A stretch of 62,265 nucleotides of DNA, filler included. It is 20 parts of 20 records of this genome, joined end to end, with 100 filler letters (N's around TTAATTAATTAA, not from the genome) between each part and the next. Parts side by side here need not be neighbours in the genome. Positions count along the whole stretch, not along the records: positions 49,159 to 51,792 come from SRR36015645_44766; positions 51,893 to 54,285 come from SRR36015645_44789; positions 54,386 to 56,430 come from SRR36015645_44825; positions 56,531 to 59,730 come from SRR36015645_44854; positions 59,831 to 62,265 come from SRR36015645_44922; 15 more parts are not named here. One strand, given 5' to 3'. The notes beneath the pieces are model-generated. The model was not told where the DNA came from. It was given only the letters and a program-made list of their open reading frames with translations, and ran no database searches. The position numbers and the translations under genes are program-made. How positions within the stretch are numbered: the first letter of the stretch is position 1; every line of letters starts with the position of its first letter. Below are positions 49,220 through 62,265 of this stretch, piece after piece.

Positions 49220-51790
49220 CTACACTGCTTTTTTCAGGTTTTGTATATGCCACGCTTTCACCTTTTTTCCTTGTTGTATTTTGTACACTAATTCCGATAC
49301 CTTTGACTTGATTCTGAAAGGACCTTGCCATCTAGGTGCTAGTTTAGGTGAAAAGTTCTTCAGACTTGATGATTTGTAAAAAGTTTTGATGTATACTTCA
49401 TCTCCCATATTGAAAGTTGTGTGTTTTCTTTTCTTGTCATACGCTATTTTATTCTTCCTTGACATTGCCTTTAGATGGTTTTTTGTTTCTTCACACAATT
49501 TTGGAAGGTCTTCTACTTTCTCTTCTCTTGTCTTATCATCTCCTGGACCTTTTGTTCGTCGTCCGAACATTAGTTTCACTGGCTCACATTTAGTTGATTC
49601 ATGAACCGCTGTATTGTGGGCAAATTGCTGTTCCGCAATATGAACATCCCACGATCTATGATCTGCTCCTACGGAACTAGTGATCATTGCTCGCAAATCT
49701 CTGTTTAGACGTTCCACCCAATTAGCCTGTGGGTGATATGGCGATAAAAACATCTGCTTTACTCCCCATTTTTCACAAATGGCTTTTACCATCTTCGAAC
49801 GAAAATTTGTGGCGTTATCACTTAATATCTTTCTTGGAGCCCCAAATTTACAGAAAATTTCTCTTGTCAAGATCAAAGCTATCTCCTTGCCGGTGGATGA
49901 TTTCATTGGAAATAGTTGTGCGTATTTAGAAAAATAATCTTCCAATACCAGTAGGAACCTGTTTCCAGCATGACTTGTTGGGTAGGGGCCTAGAAAATCA
50001 TATGCTATCATATCCCATACTCCTTCTGGTTCGTATGTCCCCATCTTCCCTGGCATCTTCGTATATCTTGGTTTTGTTTGCTGACATGTCTGGCATGCCC
50101 GAACGTAATCTCTGATGTAACGATTTATTCCTGTGAACCAGAAATGACTTTTCACCCTAAGTATGGTTTTTTTCCTTCCTAAATGGCCTGCGGTATGTAG
50201 ATTGTGCTTGCTGTACAACACTGCCTTCCTTAATGATTGTGGTACGACCACTAATGTTAATCCATTATGTTTGATGCATAACAATTTATTCACAATGCAG
50301 TAACTGTCTCTAGTTCTCCAAACTCTTCTGCCATATTTCTCCTCCGTCGCTTCTGTGTCCTGTAAGCACTTTGTTACCGGACCTGTAAATGTGTCTTCCT
50401 CTTGTTCTTTTACAAAATCCTCTACTGATATGGTGGTCAAGTCGTCAATTATGTGTTTTTCTCCCTCCTGTTTTCCTTTACAATTACCACAGAGAAAATC
50501 CCCCATCTCTTCTGCTTCTGCATTTGATAACCCAATACACTTGGAGTGGTACCATCCATCGCACCCATCGCATTGTATCCAGTTTTGTACATCATCTTTA
50601 TCATTCTCTACCTTACACGGTAATGCCGCACATTCATCATCATACACTTGTAAAGCATTTACTCGTCTGTTTTCCAAATATTGTGTGTTCCTTGACAGGG
50701 CGTCGGCTACCGTGTTGAGTTTTCCTGGATAATAGTGAACTGTAAAATCAAAATCTTGCACCCTTAAGATCCATCTTGCTTGCCTCGCTGAAATTCTAGT
50801 TTTTGTAAATAGGTGACATAATGCTTGATGATCTGTGAAAACCTCATTTGAATGTCCTTCCAGAAAATTTCTCCATTTTTCCAGCGACCATATAATGGCT
50901 AAACACTCCCTTTCCGTGGCGCTGTAGTTTCGTTCTGCTCCATTTAATGACCGGCTCCCAAACTCCACAATTCTAAGTGTCTTTTCTTGCCCTTGTGTAA
51001 GGATAGCCCCTAACCCTATTTCACTTGCATCTGTGTATATCCTGAATGGTTTGTTGTGATCTGGGTATCCCAGTACCTCTGGGCTGAGCAAAGCCATCTT
51101 TAGCTTCGTAAAACTGTCCTGGCATTCTTCCGACCATTTCCATCGGACTCCTTTTCTTTTCAGATTGTGCAGCGGTCCCGAAATAGTTGCCAGATCCGGA
51201 ATAAACTTGCCAAACCAATTGATCATTCCCATGAACCGCTCCAGCTCTTTGATGTTCCGTGGTCTTGGAAACTCCTGGATTGTTTGTACCTTTCTTGGAT
51301 CTACTTCAATTCCATTGCTTGTAATGATATGACCCAGATATTTTATCTTTGAAAAGCAAAAGTGGCTCTTCTTTGGTGATACCGTCAGATTTGCTTTACG
51401 TAATAATGCCAATACTGTCTCTACATGCATTAAATGTTCATTGATAGATTTTGAAAATACCACAATGTCATCTAAGTAGACGTAACAAAACTTGCCTATG
51501 ACCGGCTGTAGAACTATTTCCATTAATCTAAAAAAACTCGCGGGGCCATTGGCAAGACCCAGTGGTAATACCGAGTATTCAAATAAACCTTCATTACAGA
51601 TAAACGCTGTTTTTTCTGCATCTTTATCCTCTATCTCCATTTGGTGATAGCCGAACTTCATGTCCAAACAAGAAAAAACTACCACCCCATAAAATGATCC
51701 AACTATGCTGTCAATCGTCCTTATTGGGTATGCATCCTTCTTCGTTATTTTGTTTAATTTTCTGTAGTCTACAGTTTTCCTAAACGTATC
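49220..51790 (-). mobile_element. pol: Ty3/Gypsy pol (RT, RNase H, inserted PHD finger, complete integrase), 5' truncated
   Basis: VDYRKLN, LPLGL, YLDD, YTDAS and TDHQAL. PHD C..C...WIQCDGCDGWYHSKC...FLCGNC. Integrase H..GH...CQTC, DFLGP, SDNA, YHPQAN..ER.N and WQGPF. Confidence 0.95.
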
Positions 51791-51892
51791 CCNNNNNNNN
51801 NNNNNNNNNNNNNNNNNNNNNNNNNNNNNNNNNNNNTTAATTAATTAANNNNNNNNNNNNNNNNNNNNNNNNNNNNNNNNNNNNNNNNNNNN

Positions 51893-54285
51893 ACAGATCC
51901 ATTACTCATGGGGTGGTAAATACATGAGAAGGTCGGCTTTACCTGAAATTGCACGCAAAAATATCTATAAACTTTTGATATAAACTCCTTGGCATTGTCC
52001 GAATGTGTCCTTTTTGGAGGTCCATATCGTGAAAACCATGCGCTAAAGAGAGCTTTGGCAATTGTATTTGCGTCTTTTGATTTAAGGGGTACTGATTCAG
52101 CATATTTTGTTAAATTGTCTATAATATTTAAAAGGTATACATAACCATCTTCGTCCTTGACCATTTCTAGGATGTCGAATTGTACTAGATCATTAGCATT
52201 ATCTGGTATTGGCAGGGGGTGTAGATATGCATTTTTGACATTGTAAAGTCTTTTATTTTTCTGACAAACATGGCATGTCTTAATCCAGTTTTTAATGTCT
52301 GAATAAAGTGATTTCCAAAAATATTTAGATAAAATTGCATAATATGTTTTTGTGGTACCTGCATGAGATAAAATTTTATTATGGTATGTATCTAGAATAT
52401 GAGACTTCATTTTAGTAGGGACAACTAATTGAAAAGCCTCAGCATCTATTGGACGCACGGTTTTCGGTATGGTACATATTCGATAAAGAACTGACTCATC
52501 TAAAATACACATTTGAGCTTCAAATTTAACAAAATTTTGCATTTTAGTATCTACAGGTATTTCATTGTTTTCCAAATATTTAATAATAAGTTGAAGTTCT
52601 GTATCTTCTAATTGTTGAGAACGTATTTCTAAAAAATCAGGTTCTGTAAACTGTGTTAAGGTTCCGTTTTGGAGAACAAAAACATTAGCTTCTTTTTCCC
52701 CATCTTCTTCCTGTGAGAAGATAGGAAAAATCTGTGTGTCTATAAGTTCATCCATTTCTGTAGTTTCTAGCATGTCATACTCTCTGCGGGAGAGACTATC
52801 TGTATTGGTGTTAGAGATTCCTGATTTGTGAACAACTTTAAATGTAAATTGATTCAGATAGACACCAAATCGTGCTAATCTTCCGCTCAAATGTGACAAA
52901 TTACGTAAGGCTGAAAGAGATGCATTATCAGTGACTAGTGTAAATGGTCTATCTGCTACATATATATAACAACTTTTAATTGCTTCTACTACTGCTAAGA
53001 ACTCGCGATCGACTGCACTATAACGGCGTTGACACAAATTTAATGATTTTCCCCCATAAAGTACGGGATGTTCCTTGTTATCAGGGTAGACATTTGAAAG
53101 TACAAATCCGATTGCCGTGTCACTGGCGTCTGTGGCTAGGAGAAATGGTAAATCAAAACGTGGCAATGACAATATTGGGCTAGTTACTAGAAGATGTTTA
53201 ATATTACCAAACGTCTTTTCGCACTGCTCTGTCCACTCAAATTTTTCACCTTTACGTAGCAATTTGGTCAAGGGTTGTATCATGACTGAATAGCCATTCA
53301 TGAACATTCTATAATAATTAGAAAGTCCTAAAAAGGCTCTTAAAGTTTTGAGGTTTGTTGGCCTTGGGTATGAAAGAACGCAAGAAACTTTTTCTGGGTT
53401 TGGTGTAATTCCATTTCTGGAAAAGATGAGTCCCAGAAAAAGTATTTTGTTTTTAATGAAATAGCATTTCGTAGGTTTTATCGTTATGCCATGCTCAATA
53501 AGTCTTTGGAACACGTGTTCCAAGGCTAAAAGATGATCTTGGAGAGAGGATGAAAAAACTACTAAATCGTCCATGTAACTTAATACCGATTCAAATTGTA
53601 ATGGTCCCAAAAGATTAGTAATTATCTGGTTAAACATACTTGGCGCATTGCGAATACCTTGACATAAACGAAGATGGCAAAAGGTTCCTCTATGAGTGGA
53701 GAAAGCAGTTTTTTGTCCGACTGTCTGAGAAACTGGAATTTGAGTAAATCCGCTATGAAGGTCAATACATGAAAAAAATGTCGCCTTGTGTTCCCCCAAA
53801 CAATCAATAATTTCTGGTATTCTAATGAGAGGACATGACAGGGGTTTAGTTACAACATTTAGTCGTCGATAGTCACATACAATACGATAATTTTTAGGAT
53901 CGGTGAGGTCACTATCCTTGTTGACATGTTTCTTAACTAATAAAATAGGTGATGCCCAGCACGAGTTAGTTTGGTATATTAGTCCACCCTCAATCATGTC
54001 ATTAAGTAATGAGTCAATGATTTTCCTCTTTTCTGGAGATACTCTATATGAGCTAGTATATATGGGGGCCGCTTCCCCTGTGTCACAGACACTGTCATCT
54101 GCTACAATTGTACACTTTCCCAGATCAAGGGTTCCTAATGAGAACACCTTGCGGTATTTTCCGAGTAAAATATACAATTGCTGCTTGTCTAGTATTGTCA
54201 AAGTTGTGTCAGTGTCTTCTAGTGATATTTTGAGTTCTTTTAAGGCTATGTCAATATAAAAACGGTCCTCTTCATTACAATTGTG
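51893..54285 (-). mobile_element. pol: Ty3/Gypsy pol fragment (RT, RNase H, integrase)
   Basis: WASPILLV, CDYRRLN, YMDD, ATDAS, TDNASL, H....HAG...CHVC, SDNAKEF, YHPMSNG. Confidence 0.95.
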
Positions 54286-54385
54286 NNNNNNNNNNNNNNN
54301 NNNNNNNNNNNNNNNNNNNNNNNNNNNNNTTAATTAATTAANNNNNNNNNNNNNNNNNNNNNNNNNNNNNNNNNNNNNNNNNNNN

Positions 54386-56430
54386 TTCACATGCTCTCGA
54401 ATGATCTTTTGCTTATGCGGACTGTATGAATAGAAGCGCCCTGTTATTCCTGTATCATCAGTGATCTTAAAAATAACCTTCGGCTCGATGTTCTTCGAAC
54501 CCGTTAGCTGCTTAATGTCATTTGCAATGACATCTTCAAATTCATCCAGCAACTGCATCACTGCATCAAACTCATCATCATTCAAGCATGCCTTATCAAT
54601 CCTTACTTCATCACCAGGTCTCATGAAGTATTCACGCTTTTCTTTATTTTTCTTGTGTGCTTGACGTAAGTCTGACATACTCAATGGATCACTAGCTTCT
54701 GATGAAGACATTGTCTCATCAGTCAGTGATGTCCTTTCGCTAGCTTTCAACATGTCATCATGCTCATGCCTATTGCTCTTTACACATGCTCTCTTGGATT
54801 TTTCATCCGCATGGGGGCCATAACACAACTCACACACATTAGATGCACTTTGTACAAATCGATCATAGAACAATCTGAACCCATCTGCATCATGCTCATC
54901 ATCCGTGCAAGTGTTCCACTTTCTTGCCCCTGCATTAGCATACTTATGCACCAGCCAATTTTTCACATCAATTAGACTAGTACGATCTACAGGTGGTATC
55001 AACAATAAGCTTTTGACAACCTCATCAACTAGCACACTATATAACACTGTGAGTTTCTCACTCGGACTCAGATTGCGTTGTTGACACTTTTCTTCAAACG
55101 TCATCAACCAATCCACAATGTTCATACCGGTCACGTTTGGGTCAAACACAGATATTTTGAGCTCTTGTTGCATGTGCTGCAACAAATTTACAACATACGT
55201 GTCAGCAACGATATCATCCTCATCACACAATTCCACTGACACATCATCATTCACATTCAAACTGTTTATTGCCTCAACTAATCCATCATCCTCCTCTTTA
55301 GACACTCTCACAATCACGGGAGTTTTCGAATCAGGATCATAGACAGTGAATGCTGTGCACATCAAAATATCGGACTGACTAACTGTGTTAATCGTAGCTA
55401 CTGGGGTCTGGGCCTCTAATGTAATAGCCTTACTGGTATTGTTTACTACACCATAACCTATTTGGCCATTCCCCTGCAATGTATTCAGAACCTCTTGCCC
55501 ATCCAAGTTGTACTTTTTGTGCAAGTTTACTGATGGTAGTAATAATACATCTTTGTTAGTCAGCGTTAAGTTATCTTCACAAGTCAGTATTACCCTTGTC
55601 TCACTGTAAGGTGGACATATAGTGCGTTGAACTAGACGCGCTACACATACACTAGCATTATTATCAGTACATAGGGTCATAGTTACACGTCTGTCACCCA
55701 CATTTTGATCATTAGGTGGCACTTTAAAAGACAACGTGTTACTGTAATAATCTATTTTACATGCATTTTTGTACAGAAAATCTACACCTAATATACCAGC
55801 ATACCTGAAGTTCTTGATCACAATGAGATTTTGTTCCATTACATGTGTCTTGCCGTTTACCATGAAAGCAATAGGCACATTTACAGAACCTATAGGATGC
55901 AGTGTGTTTCCTGTTACTCCAGAAATACACCTTACATTGTCTACTGGTTTAAGCTCATATTCTTTAGGCTTCAGGGCTTTCCTGTAAACATTCTCACTTA
56001 TGCATGATATACTTGATCCACAATCTACTAAAAGTTTTATATTTACATCATGTAATTTTGCAACTGCATACCCTAAACAATAAAATCGTTCTACATTAGA
56101 AGGAATAGTAGCATTTATCTGACATGAATCATTTTTACAACAGTTAGTGAAATTTTTATGCATATCACCGGTCATTTCCTCAGTAATATCTGTCACTGTA
56201 GGCCCATAAACACTTGTATCATTATCGAAAGAGAGCACCGTACTAGGCCTATCAACCATTTCACTTTGACTTTTTCCAACTGGCAATAATGGATCATGTT
56301 CTTTACAATTTGTTACGATTTTATCAGTTTCATTTGGTATACATTTATTTACAATAGGTACATTTTTACAGCTAACTGAAGCTTGTTTTACTGCCTCATT
56401 TTCATTTGACAATATGAGTCATTGTGACTG
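54386..56430 (-). mobile_element. Ty3/Gypsy polyprotein fragment: aspartic protease, beta-rich spacer, Gag capsid-like segment, start of RT
   Basis: Protease LLVDCGSSISCI and ILGVDFL. Pre-RT LLDEFEDVI...YSYSPHKQKIIREHV. Between them lies the helical FDP...IVDWLMTFE...WLVHKY segment. Confidence 0.75.
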
Positions 56431-56650
56431 NNNNNNNNNNNNNNNNNNNNNNNNNNNNNNNNNNNNNNNNNNNNTTAATTAATTAANNNNNNNNNNNNNN
56501 NNNNNNNNNNNNNNNNNNNNNNNNNNNNNNTGCTTTTTTGGAAAATTCTTCAAACTTTTGACCACTACTGTGCAAGAGGCACATCACAGGTTCTTCAGTA
56601 GCTTAACTGGTTATTTCGCACATTAAAACTTCTTTTCTCTGCCTGTTATA

Positions 56651-59600
56651 TTACAAAACTTCGTTGTACACCACATTTCTCGTGAAGGTGCCTCTTTTGC
56701 CAGCGATCTTGCCACTTTCTGCAAGCACCTTGATCCGTTCCATAGACCCCACTCGTGACATTGCCACATACAGTTGTCCATGTGTGAATACACTGTGTGG
56801 CAAATAGATCCCAACGCAGTCCATGGTTTGTGATTGTGACTTGTTAATTGTCATACAAAAACACGTTTTCACGGGAAATTGTCTTCTTTTAAGCTCAAAT
56901 GGCATCCCGGAATCTGTGGATGTCAGTGTGATTCTGGGTATGAGCACCCGCATCCCAACGTGTGATCCAGATATAATCTCTGCATCGATTACTCTGTTGT
57001 CAAAACCACGACAAATTAATCGGGTGCCATTACAGAGGCCCATTCGACGGTTCAAGTTTCGCAGCAGAATTATTGAAGCGTTAACTTTTAGCCGGAGGAC
57101 GTGTGGTGGTAGCCCAGAGAGATTCAGTGTGTTCAGGAATTCAACTGGGTATACTGCAGATGTTTCTTCGTCAACAATTGAGTCAGTGCTGTAGCGGAAC
57201 CCTTCTAAACCAACCAATTTATCAAGAATCAACTTGTTTATAAAATCGGCGTCATCGTGCTTCGGTGCAAGTAGAACCCGGTTAACATTTGCTTTTATGT
57301 TGTTTACATTGACAAAGACACTGTTTATCAGATCGTCCACTGTGTTCACGCATATATCATCAGGGAGCCGTATGTAGTCATTTACTTCACCGTCACTTTC
57401 CACTGGTTCCAATCCGTCCCCAACGCGAAGGAGATATTCGGTGAACCTTGTTGCCTCCTCTCGATTACCTTTGCATACTTGGTGCACGCGCATATTTTCC
57501 AACAACTTCAAAATGTGCACTTTTGTCCATAAGCTCCATCTTTTTACCGTCATTGAAACTATCTTCGCACGCTCACCATGCCTCACTACCGGCAGTACTT
57601 GCCGGAAATCGCCAGAAAAAACAACCACTTTTCCAGCAAAGGGTTTATCTATGTGTGTTATGTCTCTTAATGTACGATCCACACACGAAACCTGGTGCTT
57701 GTTTGCCATGCTAATTTCATCCCAAACAATTAGAGATGCTTGACGCAAGAGCTGTGCCAAGCCACTTTGTGCTGAAATATTGCACACAGATTCGCCATCG
57801 AGGTTTGCGATAGGAATTTTAAACCTGCTATGCGCTGTTCTTCCACCGTGTAACAGTAGAGCGGCTATTCCTGAAGTTGCAACAGCTATGGCAATTTTCC
57901 CCGCATGGCGTGTTTTGTCCAGTACTGTATTTAGGAGGAACGTCTTGCCTGTGCCACCTGGTGCATCAATGAAATACATTGCATCCATGCCAGACTCCAC
58001 TTTATCAATTATGATGTCATATGCCTCCCTTTGAAGGCCATTAAGCGAGGAGATTTGAGATGATAAATGGCTTTCGTTTATGGGGTAAGCCATTTCTTCT
58101 ATGATTTCACTGATGTTTGCTGTATTCAAGTCAGCTGTTGGAATTGGCATATTGGGAAAATCTTCCAACGCTTTTCCCGAGTCTTTCAGCGTGTCTTGGA
58201 TGCAGAGCAATGCTTTATTTGTTATGGTTTGATCAACAGTTGCACTGGAGTTGTATTTGCGGTAAATATGAAGAATGTCATCGCACAAATCACCCTTAAA
58301 ATCTTCGAATAAGATTTCTGGAGATAATGGATTTCCAAAAAGGAGAATGACTGCAAATAAATCACGCAGTTGTTTGCCTGTGTGCATGCTTGATGCTTCA
58401 AGCATACACTCTCTCCATTCGCTGTCATCTTCCACAATACCCAGAGCAACTGCTGCTTCCCTGTATGTGCTGTGTAGATTACCTTCTATGGTCCGCAGGT
58501 CACTATAGCTCTGTGCTCCTGGAATATGGTGAAGCATCATTCTAAGGTAAAATCGTTCACCTTCACTTGGTTGCACCATGTAGATGCGGCCAATAGTGCT
58601 TGTCTTTCCCCTTTCCCTCATCTTCCAGGACTTTCTTATATTGTTCCATGTATAACACGTTGGATATTGGTGATATAGCAAATGGCGCCCATCAGGTGAC
58701 ACAGTATTTGAGCGAAACCAAGCTGTCAATGTTGTGTCAGATGGACCTTCTCTGACAACCTCTTCTATGTTGTCATCGTCAGCAAAGTATGTGAGTTGTT
58801 GGCACGGCAGATGTACCTGTAGCCTCACAACATTCGGATACTCTGAATGTAGCTGGAATGAAAACATTCTCCAGATGGCTTCTGGGGCCGAAACATAGCG
58901 TGCATCCAGATATCGTTGCACTTCGTCAACAGACTGCCTTTGTGTATCAGCAGGACCCAAGGTAACCATTATACGATCGTGGCCCTTATAGACATACTTG
59001 TACATGTATTTCACAGCAGTTATGGATGTACATATTTCAACATTTATGTGCGCATTATACTTCTTTGTTAAGTATGGGTTATACGGCACAACCCAGCGGT
59101 TGTCAAGCTGTAAAGTCGATCCTCCTCGCTGTACACGAATGGTCCTGCTATTGTCACGCCGGCGATAAAGCGGATACCCATCATCATTGCTAGTCGTCGC
59201 AGTTGCAAAGTCACGTGGATATCTTTTAGAACAATTGCCATCTACCATGCATGGCGAAGCCGGATTCTGCGATCCACAGGGTCCGTGCATCATGCATTTT
59301 GATACAGTATTGTGCAGTGTTGGTTCTGAGACGCTATCGGGAATTTCCGCAGATACTATTGCATCATAATCATCAGGTGACCGTGGCTTGCTCTCATTAT
59401 CCAGAATGAGTAAGATATGTGCATGCGGCAAACCTCTCTTCTGGAATTCTACTACATGCACATGCCCAATGACTTTGCCAAAAACGAAGTTGGTATATAG
59501 ATCCTTAGTTAATTGCTTAAGCTTTAATTTGAACACTCGTACGCACAGATCAGGTCGTGTTGCCGGTGTCTGTTTAGGCAATAGGGCATCTATAATTTCT

Positions 59601-59728
59601 GGCCATTTGGGATTACACGTGAACGTTACAAATAGGTCCGGTTTTCCTAATTCTCTAACAATAGCCATTGAGTCCTGAAAAAGCTGATGCATGTGACGTG
59701 GGCCGCCAGTAAATGATGAGGCTAAAAC
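56651..59728 (-). mobile_element. Helitron Rep/Helicase (HUH endonuclease + Pif1-family SF1 helicase), 5' truncated
   Basis: SSFTGGPR, PDLFVTFTCNPKW, VEFQKRGLPHAHILL (HUH) and YMYKYVYKG. Helicase motifs DAPGGTGKT, WDEISM, GDFRQVLPV, RRQFPV, TINKSQ and HGQLYVAMSRV. Confidence 0.97.
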
Positions 59729-59831
59729 TANNNNNNNNNNNNNNNNNNNNNNNNNNNNNNNNNNNNNNNNNNNNTTAATTAATTAANNNNNNNNNNNNNN
59801 NNNNNNNNNNNNNNNNNNNNNNNNNNNNNNA

Positions 59832-62265
59832 CGTATGGCCACTCTCGATGGGATTCAGGGTGAAATTGAATTGTTAACGGATGATGATAAGCTAGAAGCG
59901 GACATAGAGACCGCTGCTACTTATAGAGCTCTTTGTGATGCAGTACGGGTGAAGGCTGCAGAATGGCTCGCTGAGCATCTCACTGTTCCCAGTCATGTTA
60001 GCAACCCTGATCATCCTAATAGTAGTATTCATGGTAGTGACCCTGGTACATCATCTCATGCTGGTCGTCTGCACACAGTTAAGTTGCCGCGATTAGAATT
60101 GCCCAAGTACAGTGGTAAAGTGACTGAATGGCAGACCTTTTGGGAACGGTTCAAAGCCGTTGTAGATGAATCAGAGTTGCCCACTATCACTAAATTCTCG
60201 TATTTGCAGTCGCTTGTGGTAGGGGAGGCTAAGTCGGCTATTGAAGGCATTGCTTTAACTGCCGCCAATTATCGTTCAGCATGCCAAATTTTGCAGGAAA
60301 GGTTTGGTAGGCGTGAAACAGTGATACAGGCCCATATCCAGGCACTGTTATCGGTATCCATTTCTAACTTTGTCGGTTCGCCAACGAGTTGCCTTAGAAA
60401 GCTCGAAGAAGAGCTGTTGATTCATATTAGAGGTCTTGAGTCGCTAGATGTAAAGGGTGACACTTATGGTATAATTTTGACACCTGTCCTCCTGTCTAGG
60501 CTGCCCTCTGATATTCGGTTGGAATGGGCACGGTCCTGTACTGGCAAGGAAAGTAATCTTGCCGGACTGCTATCTTTCTTGAAAAGGGAAGTTGAACTTC
60601 GAGAACGGTCCGAAGCTGTTAAGGAAGTTATGTCCCTAGATGGTGAAAACTTGCAGTCCTCTAAATCCTCTGCTAAGCAAAGCTCGATTGCAAAGGAAAA
60701 ACGGCGAACATCGACAGCAGCATCCCTGCAAGCTTCCTCTGATACTTTTGATGCTCCCTCTAACGCTTGTATTTTTTGTGGTAGATCAAACCATGCACCG
60801 AAGAATTGCTGGAGCTGTAATAAAATGACGTTAGATGAACGCCATGCTAAGGTTAAGGCATCCCGTGTTTGTTTTGTCTGTTTGCGGTTGGGACACATGG
60901 CTAGAACTTGCAAATGTAGTTGTTCTGTGTGTAACGGTAAGCATCACAAGCTATTGTGTAGAAAGGCTCCTGCAGTGTCAAGTGGTTGGCCTAGATCGGC
61001 AGATCATTCTTCTAGTGAACCCTCTGTTGTTGGGCCCTCTGGTAAGTCTGCTCCAGTTGTAGAGGAAGACAAGTTAACTGCTCACATTTCTCTCACTTCC
61101 ACTACCCGTAGTGAGGGTCAGTCTGTATTAATGAAAATTGCTAAGGTGTCTGTTCAGGGAAGAAATGGTTTGGTTGATGCTTACCTGTTTTTCGATGAGG
61201 GATCTGATAGGTCGTACATTTCGAAGTCGCTTGCAAATCGTATCAGACCCAAATGGCTTTCTTCAACCAATTTGTCATACTCAGTTTTTGGTGGAAGGAA
61301 GGTGAAAGGTCAGGCACATAACATATTCGAAGTGCAGACTAAGTGTTCCCTGGAAAATAGTGATGACGGTTTTGTCACCTTTGCAGTGACAGAAGTTCCG
61401 AAAATTACTTCGAACCTTTCTCTGATAAATATTGACAAATCTGCGGTCGATAAATTGTCTGGTCTTGTTTTGGCTAATAGTTACGATAGGAATGAACAAG
61501 TTCCCATTGATTTGTTGATAGGCCTTGATAATAAGTGGGCTCTTCAGAAGGAAGGCAGAATTAGATTGTCAGATCAAGCAGTCGCTGAAGAGACAGTCTT
61601 CGGTTGGATTTTGTCCGGTAAGGTGACTTGCAAGGCTCCTTATAGTAGTCGTGACACTTTTTCTCACACTTTCCTGTGTATCCAGGATCCACCCATATCG
61701 GAAGCTGGGTTGCGCACTTTTTGGGAACTTGAAACTATCGGCATTGATCCCAAGGAAAAGCCAGTTGCTGATCCTGTCTGGGAATCTTTTGAGAAAACGG
61801 TCGAGTTTCGAGATAGTAGGTATACTGTGTCCCTCCCTTGGAAATCTGGGCCCGATAAGCCAGTTCTTTTGTGTAACAAAAGCCTTGCTTTGAGCAGACT
61901 CCACAGTCTCACTCGTAAGTTAGCTAGGGATCCGGACCTTAAGCTAAAGTATGACCTAGCGTTGTCTAACATGGAGGAGATGGGTGTTATAGAGGAAGTC
62001 AAGCCGGATAGTTGTGACTCTGACAACCCCATGTTCTATCTTCCGAATAGGCCTGTGATAAAAGCAGATAGTAGTACAACTCAGGTCAGACCAGTGTTCG
62101 ATGCCTCAGCACTAGGCCCTAATGGAGTGTCTCTTAATGATTGTTTAGAGGCTGGTCCTTGCCTATTGACTGGGTTAGTAGAGATCCTGTTACGCTTTAG
62201 AAGGTGGCTAATAGCTCTAACGGCAGATATTTCGAAGGCTTTCTTGCAGCTTTGCTTGTTCGAAA
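59832..62265 (+). mobile_element. BEL/Pao gag-pol fragment (Gag, three zinc knuckles, protease, start of RT), open at both ends
   Basis: Not in the ORF track, consistent with a frame that runs off the window. Spot translation from 59832 gives VKLPRLELPKYSG...WQTFWERF, KFSYLQS, CIFC..H...C, CFVC...H....C, CSVC..HH..LC, FDEGSDRSYI, TVFGWIL, FWELETIGI, RPVFDAS and ADISKAFLQ. Confidence 0.92.

Noticed and set aside
56531-56650. Helitron 3' terminal hairpin plus CTRR end
   Set aside because: No convincing GC-rich hairpin followed by CTAG is visible in the 120 nt available, so the terminus probably lies beyond the fragment.
3256-59830. Regularly recurring identical TTAATTAATTAA motif as a CRISPR-like or biological repeat
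   Set aside because: It is always embedded in N44 padding and is a six-frame stop linker.

Overview
This window is not a contiguous locus. It is an artificial concatenation of 20 fragments (about 2-6 kb each) joined by 19 identical 100-nt linkers (N44-TTAATTAATTAA-N44, with stops in all six frames), so adjacency across linkers has no biological meaning. The fragments are eukaryotic, probably from an invertebrate animal (inferred from element types and recurrent TAGGCCTA/TACATGTA words), and almost all are transposable elements. They comprise 3 BEL/Pao and 5 Ty3/Gypsy LTR retrotransposon pieces, 6 non-LTR pieces (Tx1/L1-like, RTEX-like, CR1/L2-like), a Helitron Rep/Hel, an Academ-like transposase, a hAT-like transposase, two RAG1/Transib-like transposases, and one intronless STAND NTPase plus beta-propeller ORF. 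The most notable signals are: (1) a RAG1/Transib-like C-terminus fused to BRCT-like and HMG-box domains; (2) a RAG1/Transib-like transposase with a co-oriented chromo-barrel partner gene; (3) a Spindlin-type Tudor-like tail hidden by a frameshift; (4) a 103-nt foldback insert with 14 G.U and no A.C pairs, which resembles fossilised A-to-I editing; (5) a PHD finger in one Gypsy pol and a second Gag-like module in another; (6) a LINE ORF1 with an RNase H1 hybrid-binding-like domain and a -1 slippery site leading into ORF2; (7) a 2A-like motif. All family calls come from motif recognition by eye, not database searches.
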